A stretch of 64,000 bases of DNA from an uncultured cyanobacterium. Lineage in GTDB: Bacteria; Cyanobacteriota; Cyanobacteriia; Cyanobacteriales; CAWUOF01. A program made the translations under genes and the position numbers. The notes beneath the pieces are model-generated. The model worked only from the letters and a program-made list of their open reading frames with translations. It was not told the DNA's origin and ran no database searches. Positions 44,340 to 54,952 of this stretch are shown here, piece by piece; position 1 is the first letter of the stretch, and every line of letters starts with the position of its first letter. The DNA is taken from NCBI GenBank assembly GCA_963744145.1, contig CAVUSO010000001.1:4480001-4544000 (forward strand), given 5' to 3'.

Positions 44340-45398
44340 TTATTTTAAATCTGCTAATTTAATCCGAGGATCAACAGATTTCAGGAGTAAGTCAGCCAAG
44401 AGATTACCAATAATTAACATTACAGCTCCCATCATTAAACTAGCCATCACTAGATATAAATCTTTAGCACGTACTGCTTGAAGAATCAGTAATCCCAGAC
44501 CGGGCCAATTAAAGAAATTTTCCGCAATAAATGCCCCACTTAACAAACCAGCAAACTCAAACCCTAAAAGAGTAATCAAGGGGTTGATCGCATTCCGTAA
44601 AGCATGAACATAGATAACTCGGTCTTCCGGTAATCCTTTAGCTCGGGCTGTCTGAATATAATCTTGACGCAAAACATCTAATAATTCCCCTCGGGTAATC
44701 CGCTGTAAACCAGCAAAACTGGTAATACTTAACGCGAAAGTTGGTAAAATCATGTGCCAACCAATATCTAAGCATTTACCTAAAGGGGAAAGATCCGTAT
44801 AGTAAATACTGGTCATTCCCCCAACTGGAAATAGGGGAGAGGTATTTTGAGCTAAAAATAGGAATAACAGACCAGTAATAAAGGTGGGGAAACCTTGACC
44901 AGTATAACTAATTATCTGTAATAGACGGTCAATCCAGCGATTTTGTTTAACCGCAGCGACAATTCCTAACGGAATCGCGATCGCCCAGGTGAGAATTAAA
45001 GATCCTAGGGAGAGAATCAGAGTATTAAAGATCCTTTCTTGCAATAATTCTGCTACAGGTCTTTGAGCATAGACAAAACTAATGCCAAAATTCCCTTGAG
45101 TAATAATTTGGATCAGCCAACGTATATACTGGACAATTACAGGTTTATCTAGACCAAACTGCTGCTTCAGAGCATCAATAGTTTGCTGTTTAATTTTTGG
45201 GTCTTGGCGCAATTGATCTAAAAAATCGCCTGGGGATAGTTGAATAATCGTAAAACTCAGAGCTGAAGCTAATAATAGAGTAAGCAGTGCCTGTAACAGA
45301 CGTTTAACCACATAAATAAAAGTTTCGCTACTAATTAAAGCGATCAACCATTTCCAGAATAAGATCAGCCAATTAAAGGAAGAGCGAGTCAAAGCCAT
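44340..45398 (-). CDS. Peptide ABC transporter permease (DppB/OppB family)
   Basis: FGLDKP and the EAA loop DYIQTARAKGL..HALRNA. Confidence 0.9.
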   Translation of the reverse strand: MALTRSSFNWLILFWKWLIALISSETFIYVVKRLLQALLTLLLASALSFTIIQLSPGDFLDQLRQDPKIKQQTIDALKQQFGLDKPVIVQYIRWLIQIITQGNFGISFVYAQRPVAELLQERIFNTLILSLGSLILTWAIAIPLGIVAAVKQNRWIDRLLQIISYTGQGFPTFITGLLFLFLAQNTSPLFPVGGMTSIYYTDLSPLGKCLDIGWHMILPTFALSITSFAGLQRITRGELLDVLRQDYIQTARAKGLPEDRVIYVHALRNAINPLITLLGFEFAGLLSGAFIAENFFNWPGLGLLILQAVRAKDLYLVMASLMMGAVMLIIGNLLADLLLKSVDPRIKLADLK

Positions 45399-45477
45399 AT
45401 AAATTAATAATTATAGAAATGAAAACTGAGGAGTCAGTACCAATTTCAAAAAACTGCTGACTCCTAATGGTTCAGGG

Positions 45478-45990
45478 TTAATATTCCACCAAAGACATAA
45501 TCGGTACATCTGGCAAACATTGACGTCCGTTCAAATCTTTTAGTTCAATGATAAAACCAAAGCCTACCAATTCACCACCGAGCCGTTTAACCAGTTGGGC
45601 TGTAGCACTAGCAGTACCACCTGTAGCAATCAGGTCATCGATAATTAATACCCGACTCCCAGCGGGGAAAGCATCTTGATGAATTTCCAGTCGATCTGTA
45701 CCATATTCAAGTTGGTATTCAGCCGAATAGATCGGTGCGGGCAATTTTTTGGGTTTACGAACCGGAATAAACCCAACTCCTAACTTATAAGCCAAAGGTA
45801 CACCAAAAATAAAGCCCCGCGACTCAGTTCCCACCACATAATCCGCAGCGAGATGGGCACATTTCTGGGTCAATAAGTCAATGGTATAACGTAGTCCCTC
45901 TGGATTTTGGAGGAGTGTAGTAATATCCCGAAACAAAATCCCGGGTTTGGGAAAATCTGGGATGTTGCGAATTAGGGACTTGAGATCCAT
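45478..45990 (-). CDS. apt: Adenine phosphoribosyltransferase
   Basis: Motifs [17 protein letters not shown] and [11 protein letters not shown]. Confidence 0.96.
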   Translation of the reverse strand: MDLKSLIRNIPDFPKPGILFRDITTLLQNPEGLRYTIDLLTQKCAHLAADYVVGTESRGFIFGVPLAYKLGVGFIPVRKPKKLPAPIYSAEYQLEYGTDRLEIHQDAFPAGSRVLIIDDLIATGGTASATAQLVKRLGGELVGFGFIIELKDLNGRQCLPDVPIMSLVEY

Positions 45991-46306
45991 ATTTTTACAT
46001 TATAGAAGAAACAAACAGAAGTAAGCATACATCAAACTAAGAGAAAAGCTTAATTAGCGTGATCTGCCTGTTGGGGCATCTTACACTAGAAAATTGCTAC
46101 TTGATGGTCAAATTCTGACCCTTCAGGGATATATACTATCAATCATATTAGCGATAGTGAGTGTAAGCTAATCGGACAGGGAGTGTAAATACTTGCTATT
46201 GAATTAGACAAAATTGTCAATAATAGATGTCAGGGATTCCTAGGGTATAATCCGTTGGCTTCCTGTTCTGACGATTTAGCCCCATTGTCCTATCTAGTTT
46301 GTTGGA

Positions 46307-46933
46307 ATGAATGTTTACCCAAGCATAATGCCATTAAATAGTCCTCCAGTCCAGTCAATGCCACTAATTTTGGACAATCTGCCCTTACCACCCCTGTCGG
46401 AAAATGGCTGTCCTCGTAGGGCTCGAATGCAAATTGACCTGATTCTGTTAGCCATAGAAGCTCTCGATCTGAATGGGTCCGAAGCGATCCTAGCCGTAGC
46501 TAAGGATCTGGGGCTACAAAGTATTATCAAAAATCGAGTGGCCCTATGGCGGCTCCGGAGTACCAACCCGCTCCGACGCTTTAGTCAACGTCGTTCTTTG
46601 ACCTTGGTAGAAGCAAAAGCATTAGTGGCGATCGCCTGTTATTTAGCACGACGTTTAACTTTTGCCATTCGTGAGTTATTACTAATGTGTCAACAACTGA
46701 GGGAAAAACAGTTACCCTTTGACCATAATTTACGCATATCAGATTATCTAGAACGATTTCGGACTCATTACCGCTCCCGCATGAATCCCAGGCGATCGGC
46801 AGTAGTTGCCTATAATTCTGATGAAAAGCTCAATGACTTAGCTTTAAGCTTGTTAGGTCAACTTTTATTCTGTACGGGAACTTCTGGTATGCAAAGATTT
46901 TGGCTGAGTCTGTTTGATGGAGAAGTAGAATGA
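46307..46933 (+). CDS. DUF3038-family protein
   Basis: Motifs IDLILLAIEAL, NRVALWRLRSTNPLRR and SLFDGE. Confidence 0.75.
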   Translation: MNVYPSIMPLNSPPVQSMPLILDNLPLPPLSENGCPRRARMQIDLILLAIEALDLNGSEAILAVAKDLGLQSIIKNRVALWRLRSTNPLRRFSQRRSLTLVEAKALVAIACYLARRLTFAIRELLLMCQQLREKQLPFDHNLRISDYLERFRTHYRSRMNPRRSAVVAYNSDEKLNDLALSLLGQLLFCTGTSGMQRFWLSLFDGEVE

Positions 46934-48330
46934 CCATTCGACGTCAATACAGTCTACCTAATTGTGTTCTGGTTTTGGAAGGTTTGACTGATGCGGCCAA
47001 TTTTGTTGGTCAGTCAGATGTCCGACCTGTATTATCAATTTTAGTGAACGCCGAGTGTCATATCGCTGGAATTAACCCTCCTTTATCCGGAGGACGTGAA
47101 TTTATAGAAAACTTGGTAAAAACGGTTAGCTCTTATGCTCAGGAATTTTTGAGTGGAGTTCATTCCTATCAAAGTGAAAATCGACAGTCTGATTGGATTG
47201 AACTTGCCAAAATTAGCTCTGATGTCCATCGGTTAAAGGTCTATACCAAACCAAATCCGGAGGTACTCAATGGGACCAAAAGTCAACCAAAATTTACTAA
47301 AGCTCAGTCAGTACCATTTCAGCTAGATTTAACCACGGTCCAGTTATTTGATTTGGTGGAAGCAGTAGATCAATTACTAGCAGATACCCAAACTTTACCA
47401 GATTTGGGCCTGCAAATTGTGCCCGTTTCCAAAAAGAATGCAATCTCAGCTAAACCATTGGTGGAAAGGACAGCTCCAGTATTGCTAGGTGGATCAAGTG
47501 TAGCTGTAGCTGCGATCGTCTTTTACTTAATGCCCATTCCCCAAGTCGAACGACCATCAACCCCTACACCTACCAATCCAACGCAGTCTCAGGAGTCTCC
47601 CCTTAATTCTCAACCTCCCTCTACTAAATCTCCCACTAGTGCTAACCCCCAAACATCTGATTTAGAGGTAGCTCTAAATACAGCCCCGGAAATTACTGAG
47701 CCCCAGTTGTTGAGTGCTTTAAGACGTAAAGTTTCGGAACAAATTTTTCAAAAATTACCCAAAGATACGGTTTTTGATGAATCACTAATTTATCGAGTTG
47801 GTGTAGATCAAAAAGGAGCTATTGTTGGTTACAAAGCGATTAATTCTGCCGCAGCGGAAAATGCTCAGAAAACTCCCCTACCCAGTTTGCTCTATATCCC
47901 AGTTCCAGGTAGCAATGCTAATTCTGAACCCCTCGCTCAGTTTAAGGTGGTATTTAATACCAAAGGTGAACTAGAAGTAGCACCTTGGCAACAACCTGTC
48001 AATAACTCTAATTCTCACTCAGAAATAACTGACCAAAATGAATTAGATGATTTAACTCAAAAACTGTATGACAAAATTAATCCCCTGTGGGTAGGAACTC
48101 CACCATTTGATCGCAATTTAGTCTATCGGGTGACATTTACCATCGATGGTACGATTTTAGATTATGAGCCGATTAATCAAGCAGCTTTTGATTATGTTCG
48201 GGATACTCCCTTACCAAATTTATATCAACCGACTAAACCAACTAGCACGAATACCACAACTGAGGAATCTTTAGGTTATTTTCGAGTAATTTTTACTCCG
48301 AAAGGAATACTCCAAGTTAGTCCGTGGTGA
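46930..48330 (+). CDS. DUF4335-family membrane protein
   Basis: RQYSLPNCVLVLEG, QLFDLVEAVDQ, one TM helix and a duplicated C-terminal domain. Confidence 0.75.
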   Translation: MTIRRQYSLPNCVLVLEGLTDAANFVGQSDVRPVLSILVNAECHIAGINPPLSGGREFIENLVKTVSSYAQEFLSGVHSYQSENRQSDWIELAKISSDVHRLKVYTKPNPEVLNGTKSQPKFTKAQSVPFQLDLTTVQLFDLVEAVDQLLADTQTLPDLGLQIVPVSKKNAISAKPLVERTAPVLLGGSSVAVAAIVFYLMPIPQVERPSTPTPTNPTQSQESPLNSQPPSTKSPTSANPQTSDLEVALNTAPEITEPQLLSALRRKVSEQIFQKLPKDTVFDESLIYRVGVDQKGAIVGYKAINSAAAENAQKTPLPSLLYIPVPGSNANSEPLAQFKVVFNTKGELEVAPWQQPVNNSNSHSEITDQNELDDLTQKLYDKINPLWVGTPPFDRNLVYRVTFTIDGTILDYEPINQAAFDYVRDTPLPNLYQPTKPTSTNTTTEESLGYFRVIFTPKGILQVSPW

Positions 48331-48355
48331 AGTTTCTATTTACCTTAGTGATCGA

Positions 48356-49366
48356 TTGCGAAAAAAACCTAAGTTGTCGATTATCCATTATCTGACTCAG
48401 GTGGCTGAAAACAAAAAGATGAAAGATTCACCCATCGACAAGTCTATCCCTAAATCTAAAAAAAAGTTGTCGGGAAATCCTAAATCTCCGGTTTCTTCAT
48501 TGCTCGGTTTCGGATTGCAGTTGTTATTGTTAGGAGTCGGGAGTACATTTGCTTGGTTAGGAGGAATTGCGATCGCTTATTTTCATCCCGACCCCAATCC
48601 AACTATACCTTTGAGTGAGTTAATTAAGACGCAAATTAATCAATGGGTGAGTAATTATCAGCAATTAAAGCAAAGTCAACTGAAACCAACCCCGTTACCG
48701 ATGAAACCGCGATCGACACTTTCACCAACCCAAAAAAAAGAATTACAAGCAAACCTGAAAAAAATTCAGACGGATCTCAATAATTTGATTGGTCGCACTT
48801 CTCAGCTAGAAACTCAAGTCGGTAATCACCATTCCACGGAATCCTTAGAAACAAGAATTCAAGTGCTTTCCCAACAATTAAGTATGGGTGAAGAAACCAG
48901 TGCGATCGCGACGGAATTACCGATTCCTCAAGTAAATTCATCAAAGACTAAATCCCCAGGAACATCATCACCAAATTCCCAACCGATCCTAGCCACCGAT
49001 AAGGTGTTAACATCAGATAGCTTAATGGTAACTTTACCGAGCGATTTCTTATTTCCAGCTAGCACTAATAAACTCCGTCCAGAAACCCATGTAATTTTAG
49101 ATAATTTGGTTGATGATTTACGCAATTATCCAAAAGCAACAGTACGGATTGCTGGACATACCGATGATGCAGGTAATCCTGATCTTAATCGCAGCTTGTC
49201 AATTCAACGGGCTCAAGCAATTCAAGCATATCTAGAGAAAACCTTAGATCATCAATATCGTTGGGTAGTGATTGGTTATGGAGATAGTCGTCCCCTAGTG
49301 GAAAATAATAGTGATGCTAATCGTCAACGCAATCGTCGGATTGAAGTGGCGATCGAACCCCAATAG
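48356..49366 (+). CDS. OmpA/MotB-family peptidoglycan-binding protein
   Basis: Motifs IAGHTD, LSIQRA, GYGDSRP and NRRIE. Confidence 0.88.
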   Translation: MRKKPKLSIIHYLTQVAENKKMKDSPIDKSIPKSKKKLSGNPKSPVSSLLGFGLQLLLLGVGSTFAWLGGIAIAYFHPDPNPTIPLSELIKTQINQWVSNYQQLKQSQLKPTPLPMKPRSTLSPTQKKELQANLKKIQTDLNNLIGRTSQLETQVGNHHSTESLETRIQVLSQQLSMGEETSAIATELPIPQVNSSKTKSPGTSSPNSQPILATDKVLTSDSLMVTLPSDFLFPASTNKLRPETHVILDNLVDDLRNYPKATVRIAGHTDDAGNPDLNRSLSIQRAQAIQAYLEKTLDHQYRWVVIGYGDSRPLVENNSDANRQRNRRIEVAIEPQ

Positions 49367-49392
49367 TGGTGTATAGTGAGATATCGGTCATA

Positions 49393-50403
49393 ATGAAAGT
49401 AGTATTTTTTGGCACTCCTGAATTCGCTGTACCAAGTTTACAACGCTTATTAGCTCACCGGAAAATTGAAGTTTTAGGTGTGATTACTCAACCAGATCAA
49501 CCCAGAGGAAGAGGAAAAAAACTCACACCTTCTCCGGTCAAAGTATGTGCTTTATCACATAATTTACCAGTTTGGCAACCTAAAAGGATTAAAAAAGATC
49601 AAGAAGTTATATCTCAATTAAAACAGTTAGAAGCAGATTTTTTTGCTGTAGTAGCTTACGGACAGATTCTTTCCCAAGAGATTTTAGATTTACCCCAATT
49701 TGCTTGTGTCAATGTTCACGGATCTATTTTGCCTAAATATCGCGGTGCTGCACCAATTCAATGGTGTTTATATCATGGGGAAAAAGAAACTGGTATTACC
49801 ACGATGTTGATGGATGTGGGTATGGATACGGGAGCAATGTTATTAAAAGCGACAATCCCAATCAATTTACTAGATAATGCTCAAACTCTAGCAGTGAATT
49901 TAGCTGATATCGGTGCAGATTTATTAGTGGAAACTCTAGTAAAATTACAGTCTCAAACCATTGAACCGATTCCCCAAGACTCTACTCAAGCTAATTATGC
50001 ACCACTAATTCAAAAACAAGATTATGCTCTCGATTGGTCGCGATCGGCTCTTGAGTTACATGATCAAGTCAGGGGATTTTTTCCTAATTGTGTTGCTAAT
50101 TTTCGCGGACAATTAGTCAAAGTAATCTCCACTGTACCGATCGGACCTAATTACTGGGCAGAATTACCAGAACAATTCCAGAGTTTAGCACAAGAATGGC
50201 GATCGCTAGCTGATCTTTCTGGTGATCCCGGAGAAGTGATCAGTATTATCAAACGACTCGGACCAATTGTGCAAACTGGTTCGGGCTTGTTATTATTGCA
50301 GGAAATACAGCTAGCTGGTAAGCGAGTTCAATCAGGTTGGGATTTTGCGAATGGGAGTCATTTGACTGTGGGGGAGATTTGGGTAAATGGTTCAATCATT
50401 TAA
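49393..50403 (+). CDS. fmt: Methionyl-tRNA formyltransferase
   Basis: [12 protein letters not shown] and [16 protein letters not shown]. Confidence 0.95.
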   Translation: MKVVFFGTPEFAVPSLQRLLAHRKIEVLGVITQPDQPRGRGKKLTPSPVKVCALSHNLPVWQPKRIKKDQEVISQLKQLEADFFAVVAYGQILSQEILDLPQFACVNVHGSILPKYRGAAPIQWCLYHGEKETGITTMLMDVGMDTGAMLLKATIPINLLDNAQTLAVNLADIGADLLVETLVKLQSQTIEPIPQDSTQANYAPLIQKQDYALDWSRSALELHDQVRGFFPNCVANFRGQLVKVISTVPIGPNYWAELPEQFQSLAQEWRSLADLSGDPGEVISIIKRLGPIVQTGSGLLLLQEIQLAGKRVQSGWDFANGSHLTVGEIWVNGSII

Positions 50404-50751
50404 CTCAAAAAATCGACATTGGTGACATGGACCACCAGGATTCACCGCACAGCGAATTAATTCCGAATTAGCATTAAAACGACAATTAGCATCTCCTAGA
50501 ATCCAACGTCCATTTACAAAACTTCTTTCTTCTGGTTTTGGAGCAGATTGAACATAGATAGCAACTTTTTCTAAGCAATATTTACCAAATTTAAGTTGAT
50601 ACCGATGACGACGCTCTAAAACTACATAGGTTTCTCCTGCTAAATCGACATAATTCCCCGGTTGGGGAATCCAATCTAGTTGGATCTGACCAAGGGACTG
50701 ACGCGGGTGAAGCAATATTACTTCAGTTGGTAAATAGTCTAACTCCATCAT
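50392..50751 (-). CDS. Conserved cyanobacterial protein (DUF6464-like)
   Basis: ERRHRY and C-terminal [18 protein letters not shown]. Confidence 0.7.
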   Translation of the reverse strand: MMELDYLPTEVILLHPRQSLGQIQLDWIPQPGNYVDLAGETYVVLERRHRYQLKFGKYCLEKVAIYVQSAPKPEERSFVNGRWILGDANCRFNANSELIRCAVNPGGPCHQCRFFELND

Positions 50752-50885
50752 TCTTTAATTAGTCACGGTAGATATACAGTGACTAATTATTTGACGTGAT
50801 GCCAAATTGTTGTCACCGATGAAAACTATTGATTTCTCTATATTCTAGCTGTTTTCCTTGATTAAAGATCGCTAGCCGTTAGTGA

Positions 50886-51014
50886 CCTGAAGTAATATCT
50901 AACCAAATCTCAACCTCTGATCCTAGCGAGAGCAATCTGATTGTCTCGGAACTTCCAGAGGAGACAAGACCAAAGTTGGAAGTGATTCAAAGTTTGCTGG
51001 AACCATGCGATCGC
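50886..51014 (+). pseudogene. tnsB: tnsB N-terminal fragment
   Basis: Translates ..NLIVSELPEETRPKLEVIQSLLEPCDR, matching the recalled V-K TnsB N-terminus (KLEVIQSLLEPCDR). Ends at a HIP1 site. Confidence 0.88.
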
Positions 51015-51144
51015 CAGGGTGGTGGGGGGTTGAGGTTGAAAGCTTCTGGGAAATGCTGCCGCCAATGGGGGAGGGGATGAAGTGCGAACCGATCGCTGTC
51101 GGACAAAATTTGGAGAATTAGCTGCATATCAAAAATCAGCTTAA
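51007..51144 (+). pseudogene. tniQ: tniQ fragments (frameshifted and internally deleted)
   Basis: AIARVVG(+1)VEVESFWEMLPPMGEGMKCEPI joined at CGATCGC to DRCRTKFGELAAYQKSA*; compare V-K TniQ ..AIASVV..MLPPAGVGMQHEPI.. and ..RCRMPFAEMAKLQK. Confidence 0.82.
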
Positions 51145-51238
51145 TGCAGGGCGGAGGAAGAAGAATGTCCTCATTGTTTTCTGCCTTTTGTGAAGATAGT
51201 CAAACGTCAGAGTTAGTCTGGCGATTGCTTAGTAATAA

Positions 51239-54200
51239 TTAATTATTTGATATTTTTTGAGAGAGCCGCTTATAGACTTCTGAAACTAACCAATCAGATA
51301 CCAACTTTTTAAAATTGATGTCATTCATATAACGAGCGAAAATATCTTCGTTTTGATCTACACGCTCAATAAATAAAGACTCAACAATTTGATTAAATAG
51401 CAAGGTAAATTTATCGGGTGAGTTGACTTGTGCTGCTTGTTGCAATTCTTCGCTATTTGCCGCCGCTTCAACAATTTGATCAAAGAAAAGTTGATCGGCT
51501 TGGTTAAAGTCAGTTCCAAAACGACTATTTAACAGATCAATTAGCTGTGATAGTTTAACAGAACTTTCACGCAAAATGCCTGTTCCTAATGCTTTCTGGC
51601 CATCTAAGGGAGATTTTTCCCCTTTTTCTAAATGAATTGAACCTTCACTAATTTTCTGAAGGCGATAATATTCAAGCTGAATATCACTATCAAAATCGTA
51701 TCGATCTTCATTAGAATGACGCAATAATTTAGGAGATAAATGACGTAAAAAAATATAAAGTTGTTCTAAATCAGAATCTTGATAAGGAATAATTTGACTC
51801 AAAAAATTATAGAGATTGCGAAAAGCTGTTAATTTTCTCCGCCAGAGTTCTGCTTCTTCAATATTCTGCTCGTATAAAGCTCGAAATCTATCAACGGCTG
51901 GATCTAATACAGCATTCATTCCTTGATGATCGGCAGGACTTTGACGCGGTTTGGGCTTAAAATAAATCGCGCAAAACCGCTTAATTTCTTCACTTAAATA
52001 GATTCCTGATGCGTCTAATTGACTTTTTAACTGGTAAAGTTGTGTGGGCTCGGCTTCCTGTCCTAACTCTGCCCCTTCATAAAACTGCTGAAATGCTTCT
52101 CGAATCTCCTCCGGTTTATTGACAAAATCAAGGATAAAGGTATCTTCTTTTTGAGGGTGAGTGCGATTCAGACGAGAGAGGGTTTGCACTGCTTGAATAC
52201 CCGATAAACGCTTATCAACATACATCGTATGTAGCAAAGGTTGATCGAAACCTGTTTGATATTTCTCGGCAACTAACAACACTTGATAGTCATTAGTAGC
52301 AAATTTTTCTGGTAATTCCTTCTCCCTAATTCCCTGATTCATTTCTTCTTCTGTATAGGTTTTATCGGAAATTTTATCGTCAGTAACAATTCCTGAAAAC
52401 GCGACTAACGTTTTGATGGGATAGCCTTTTTCTTTAATATATTTGTCAAAACTTTGTTTGTAACGAACTGCTTCCAGACGAGAACCCGTTACCACCATTG
52501 CTTTTGCCTTACCACCGATTTTATGCCGTGTAAAACTATTAAAATGTTCCACCATAATTTCAGTCTTTTGGGCAATATTATGGGGGTGGAGACGCATAAA
52601 ACGAGCTAAAGCTTTCGCGGCTTTTTTGCGCTCAACATGGGGATCATCTGAACAGTCTTTAATCAGTTTGAAGTAAGCTTTATAGGTGGTGTAGTGCTTC
52701 AATACGTCCATGATGAAGATTTCTTCAATCGCTTGACGCATGGTATAACGATGGAAGGGTTCACCTTTGCGACCAAAGAATTTTAGAGTTTTATGTTTGG
52801 GTGTAGCAGTAAAAGCAAAGAAACTGAGATTATCCTGGTGAGAGCGTTTTGCCATGCTCAGGAACATTTCTTCTAAATGTTCTAATCCTTCTTCTTCTGC
52901 CATTTCACGGGCTTTTTGATGCAATGCTTCACCACCGAGTACCCCTTTCAACTCTGTAGCACTATCCCCAGATTGAGAACTGTGAGCCTCATCAATAATC
53001 ACCGCACAGCAACGAGTTGGTAATAGTCCGCGTCCCTGTTCGTTCCGTTCTTCAGCAAGTTTAAGTAATTGTCGCGTAACAAAAGGAAATTTTTGTAGGG
53101 TTGTAATAATAATAGGAACAGCACTTTCTAGTGCTTGCGCTAACTGCTTAGAATCTTTATCTATTTTTTGAATAACGCCTTGACGGTGTTCAAATTGATA
53201 GATTGTGTCTTGTAATTGTTGATCGAGAATGCGGCGATCGCTAATCACAATTACACTATCAAAAATCCGTTGATTTTGCTCGTTATGCAGGGAAGATAAA
53301 CGATGAGTTAACCAACCAATGGTATTACTTTTGCCACTCCCTGCGGAATGTTCGATTAGATAATTCTGTCCGACTCCTTCGAGTTGGGTCGCATCAATTA
53401 ATTGACGGACGGCTTGTAATTGATGGTAACGGGGAAAGATCATGCTCTCTTTTTTGAATTTTCGCCCTTGATCATCATATTTTTGGTCTATTTGTAAATG
53501 GAGAAACTGGGCTAGGAGTTCTAGTAAACTATCTCGTTGTAAAACTTCTTCCCAAAAATAGGCGGTGCGATAGGTTCGTTCTTCGGGGTCGGGAGGGTTG
53601 CCAGCACCGTTATTGTAACCTTTATTAAAGGGTAAAAAATGGGTGGCTTTTCCGGCAAGTCTGGTAGTCATCCAGACTTCTTCGGTATCAACGGTAAAAT
53701 GAACTAATGTTCGCCGTTTAAACTCAAAAATAACCTCGTGAGGATCACGATCTTGGCGATATTGTTGTTTACCTTGTTCTACGGTTTGTCTGGTTAGGGG
53801 ATTTTTGAGTTCAATGGTTACAAGGGGAATACCATTAAGACTGAGGGTAATATCAAGTTCATTATGATTGCGATCGCTATATTGGAGTTGACGGGTAATT
53901 CCTAATTGATTGGCATTATAGCGGGTTTCTAGGTCAGTATTGAGGCTATGGGCGGCTTTGAAATAGGCTATACGCAGGGTACGTCCATAGCATTTGAAAC
54001 CGTGACGCAGGGTGTGGAGTGATCCGTAGGTATCCATCCATTTACACAGATCGGTAATGACTTGATTTGGGGTGTTTTCTCCTTGTAATGCTGCTAATTT
54101 TGCCCATTCTTTGGGTTGGGTTTGGCGGATAAAGTTGATGGCTATCTCAGGAAAAATGGCATGAGTTTTGTCAAATTTGGTTATGGTTTTAAGATAGCCG

Positions 54201-54265
54201 TGAGCTAGAAGGTAATCTTCTATGACTTGCTCAAAGGCAGTTTCGGTATGGCTTGCTATTGTCAT
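51239..54265 (-). CDS. hsdR: Type I restriction endonuclease subunit R
   Basis: LDITLSLNGIPLVTIELKN nuclease motif, HSAGSGKS, IIDEAH, FTATP and QTGFD. Confidence 0.93.
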   Translation of the reverse strand: MTIASHTETAFEQVIEDYLLAHGYLKTITKFDKTHAIFPEIAINFIRQTQPKEWAKLAALQGENTPNQVITDLCKWMDTYGSLHTLRHGFKCYGRTLRIAYFKAAHSLNTDLETRYNANQLGITRQLQYSDRNHNELDITLSLNGIPLVTIELKNPLTRQTVEQGKQQYRQDRDPHEVIFEFKRRTLVHFTVDTEEVWMTTRLAGKATHFLPFNKGYNNGAGNPPDPEERTYRTAYFWEEVLQRDSLLELLAQFLHLQIDQKYDDQGRKFKKESMIFPRYHQLQAVRQLIDATQLEGVGQNYLIEHSAGSGKSNTIGWLTHRLSSLHNEQNQRIFDSVIVISDRRILDQQLQDTIYQFEHRQGVIQKIDKDSKQLAQALESAVPIIITTLQKFPFVTRQLLKLAEERNEQGRGLLPTRCCAVIIDEAHSSQSGDSATELKGVLGGEALHQKAREMAEEEGLEHLEEMFLSMAKRSHQDNLSFFAFTATPKHKTLKFFGRKGEPFHRYTMRQAIEEIFIMDVLKHYTTYKAYFKLIKDCSDDPHVERKKAAKALARFMRLHPHNIAQKTEIMVEHFNSFTRHKIGGKAKAMVVTGSRLEAVRYKQSFDKYIKEKGYPIKTLVAFSGIVTDDKISDKTYTEEEMNQGIREKELPEKFATNDYQVLLVAEKYQTGFDQPLLHTMYVDKRLSGIQAVQTLSRLNRTHPQKEDTFILDFVNKPEEIREAFQQFYEGAELGQEAEPTQLYQLKSQLDASGIYLSEEIKRFCAIYFKPKPRQSPADHQGMNAVLDPAVDRFRALYEQNIEEAELWRRKLTAFRNLYNFLSQIIPYQDSDLEQLYIFLRHLSPKLLRHSNEDRYDFDSDIQLEYYRLQKISEGSIHLEKGEKSPLDGQKALGTGILRESSVKLSQLIDLLNSRFGTDFNQADQLFFDQIVEAAANSEELQQAAQVNSPDKFTLLFNQIVESLFIERVDQNEDIFARYMNDINFKKLVSDWLVSEVYKRLSQKISNN

Positions 54266-54952
54266 TTATTTTTTCCTTTTTTGTGCTTTAATAGCCTCAA
54301 GTCTTGCAATATGTTTTTCTAATGCTTGAATCAAAACAAAACAAAATTCATCTAATTTGTCTCGTTGTTGAGTCTTTAAATCTCTAAGTCGTTTTCGTGC
54401 ATCTTTAAGCGGAAGATTATTTTCCTTCCCAATAGTTCCTTGAATTGCTGCTTTGCGTTTATCTTCAAGCTCACTATAATCAAGACCGAGTTTTGTAATC
54501 GTCATTGCTGCTGCCTGATCTCCAGCCTGATTTTCAATTTGACCTCGTAATTTAAAAATAAAGCGAGATTCACAGCTTTGATTTAAAGGAGAAACAAATA
54601 AATGCTGTTCATCATTCCCAGACCAATGATCTTTTTTATGAGCGCCATAAGGAACTTTATACTTGGTATTAGGTCCAGGATAGCAAGCTACAATATTACT
54701 GTATAAAACAGTTTCACCAGCAGTACAGTGTGTTTGAGGTTTGAGGTGTTCGATATGACATTTTTGTTCATCAATGCTCAAACCTGTGTATGCACATAAC
54801 CAGCCTTGTTCTTCTAGTAAAGAACGAGTCACTGCTTGAACCACATCACTGTTTTTTCGCATCAAATCATAACCAAAATTAATGTCGTTAGAATAACGAG
54901 ATCGCCATTCCTTTAACTGCTCAGGTTCATTCCTCTTCTGAATCCACTTCAT
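54266..54952 (-). CDS. HNH endonuclease (PtuB / TIGR02646-like)
   Basis: LLEEQGWLCAYT..HIEHLKPQ..YSNIVAC; overlaps the ATPase stop codon. Confidence 0.8.
   Translation of the reverse strand: MKWIQKRNEPEQLKEWRSRYSNDINFGYDLMRKNSDVVQAVTRSLLEEQGWLCAYTGLSIDEQKCHIEHLKPQTHCTAGETVLYSNIVACYPGPNTKYKVPYGAHKKDHWSGNDEQHLFVSPLNQSCESRFIFKLRGQIENQAGDQAAAMTITKLGLDYSELEDKRKAAIQGTIGKENNLPLKDARKRLRDLKTQQRDKLDEFCFVLIQALEKHIARLEAIKAQKRKK

Noticed and set aside
51024..51060. ggttgaggttgaaag as a truncated V-K repeat with a homing spacer
   Set aside because: It lies inside the tniQ remnant (codons VEVES), and the following bases do not match the tRNA-Gly.
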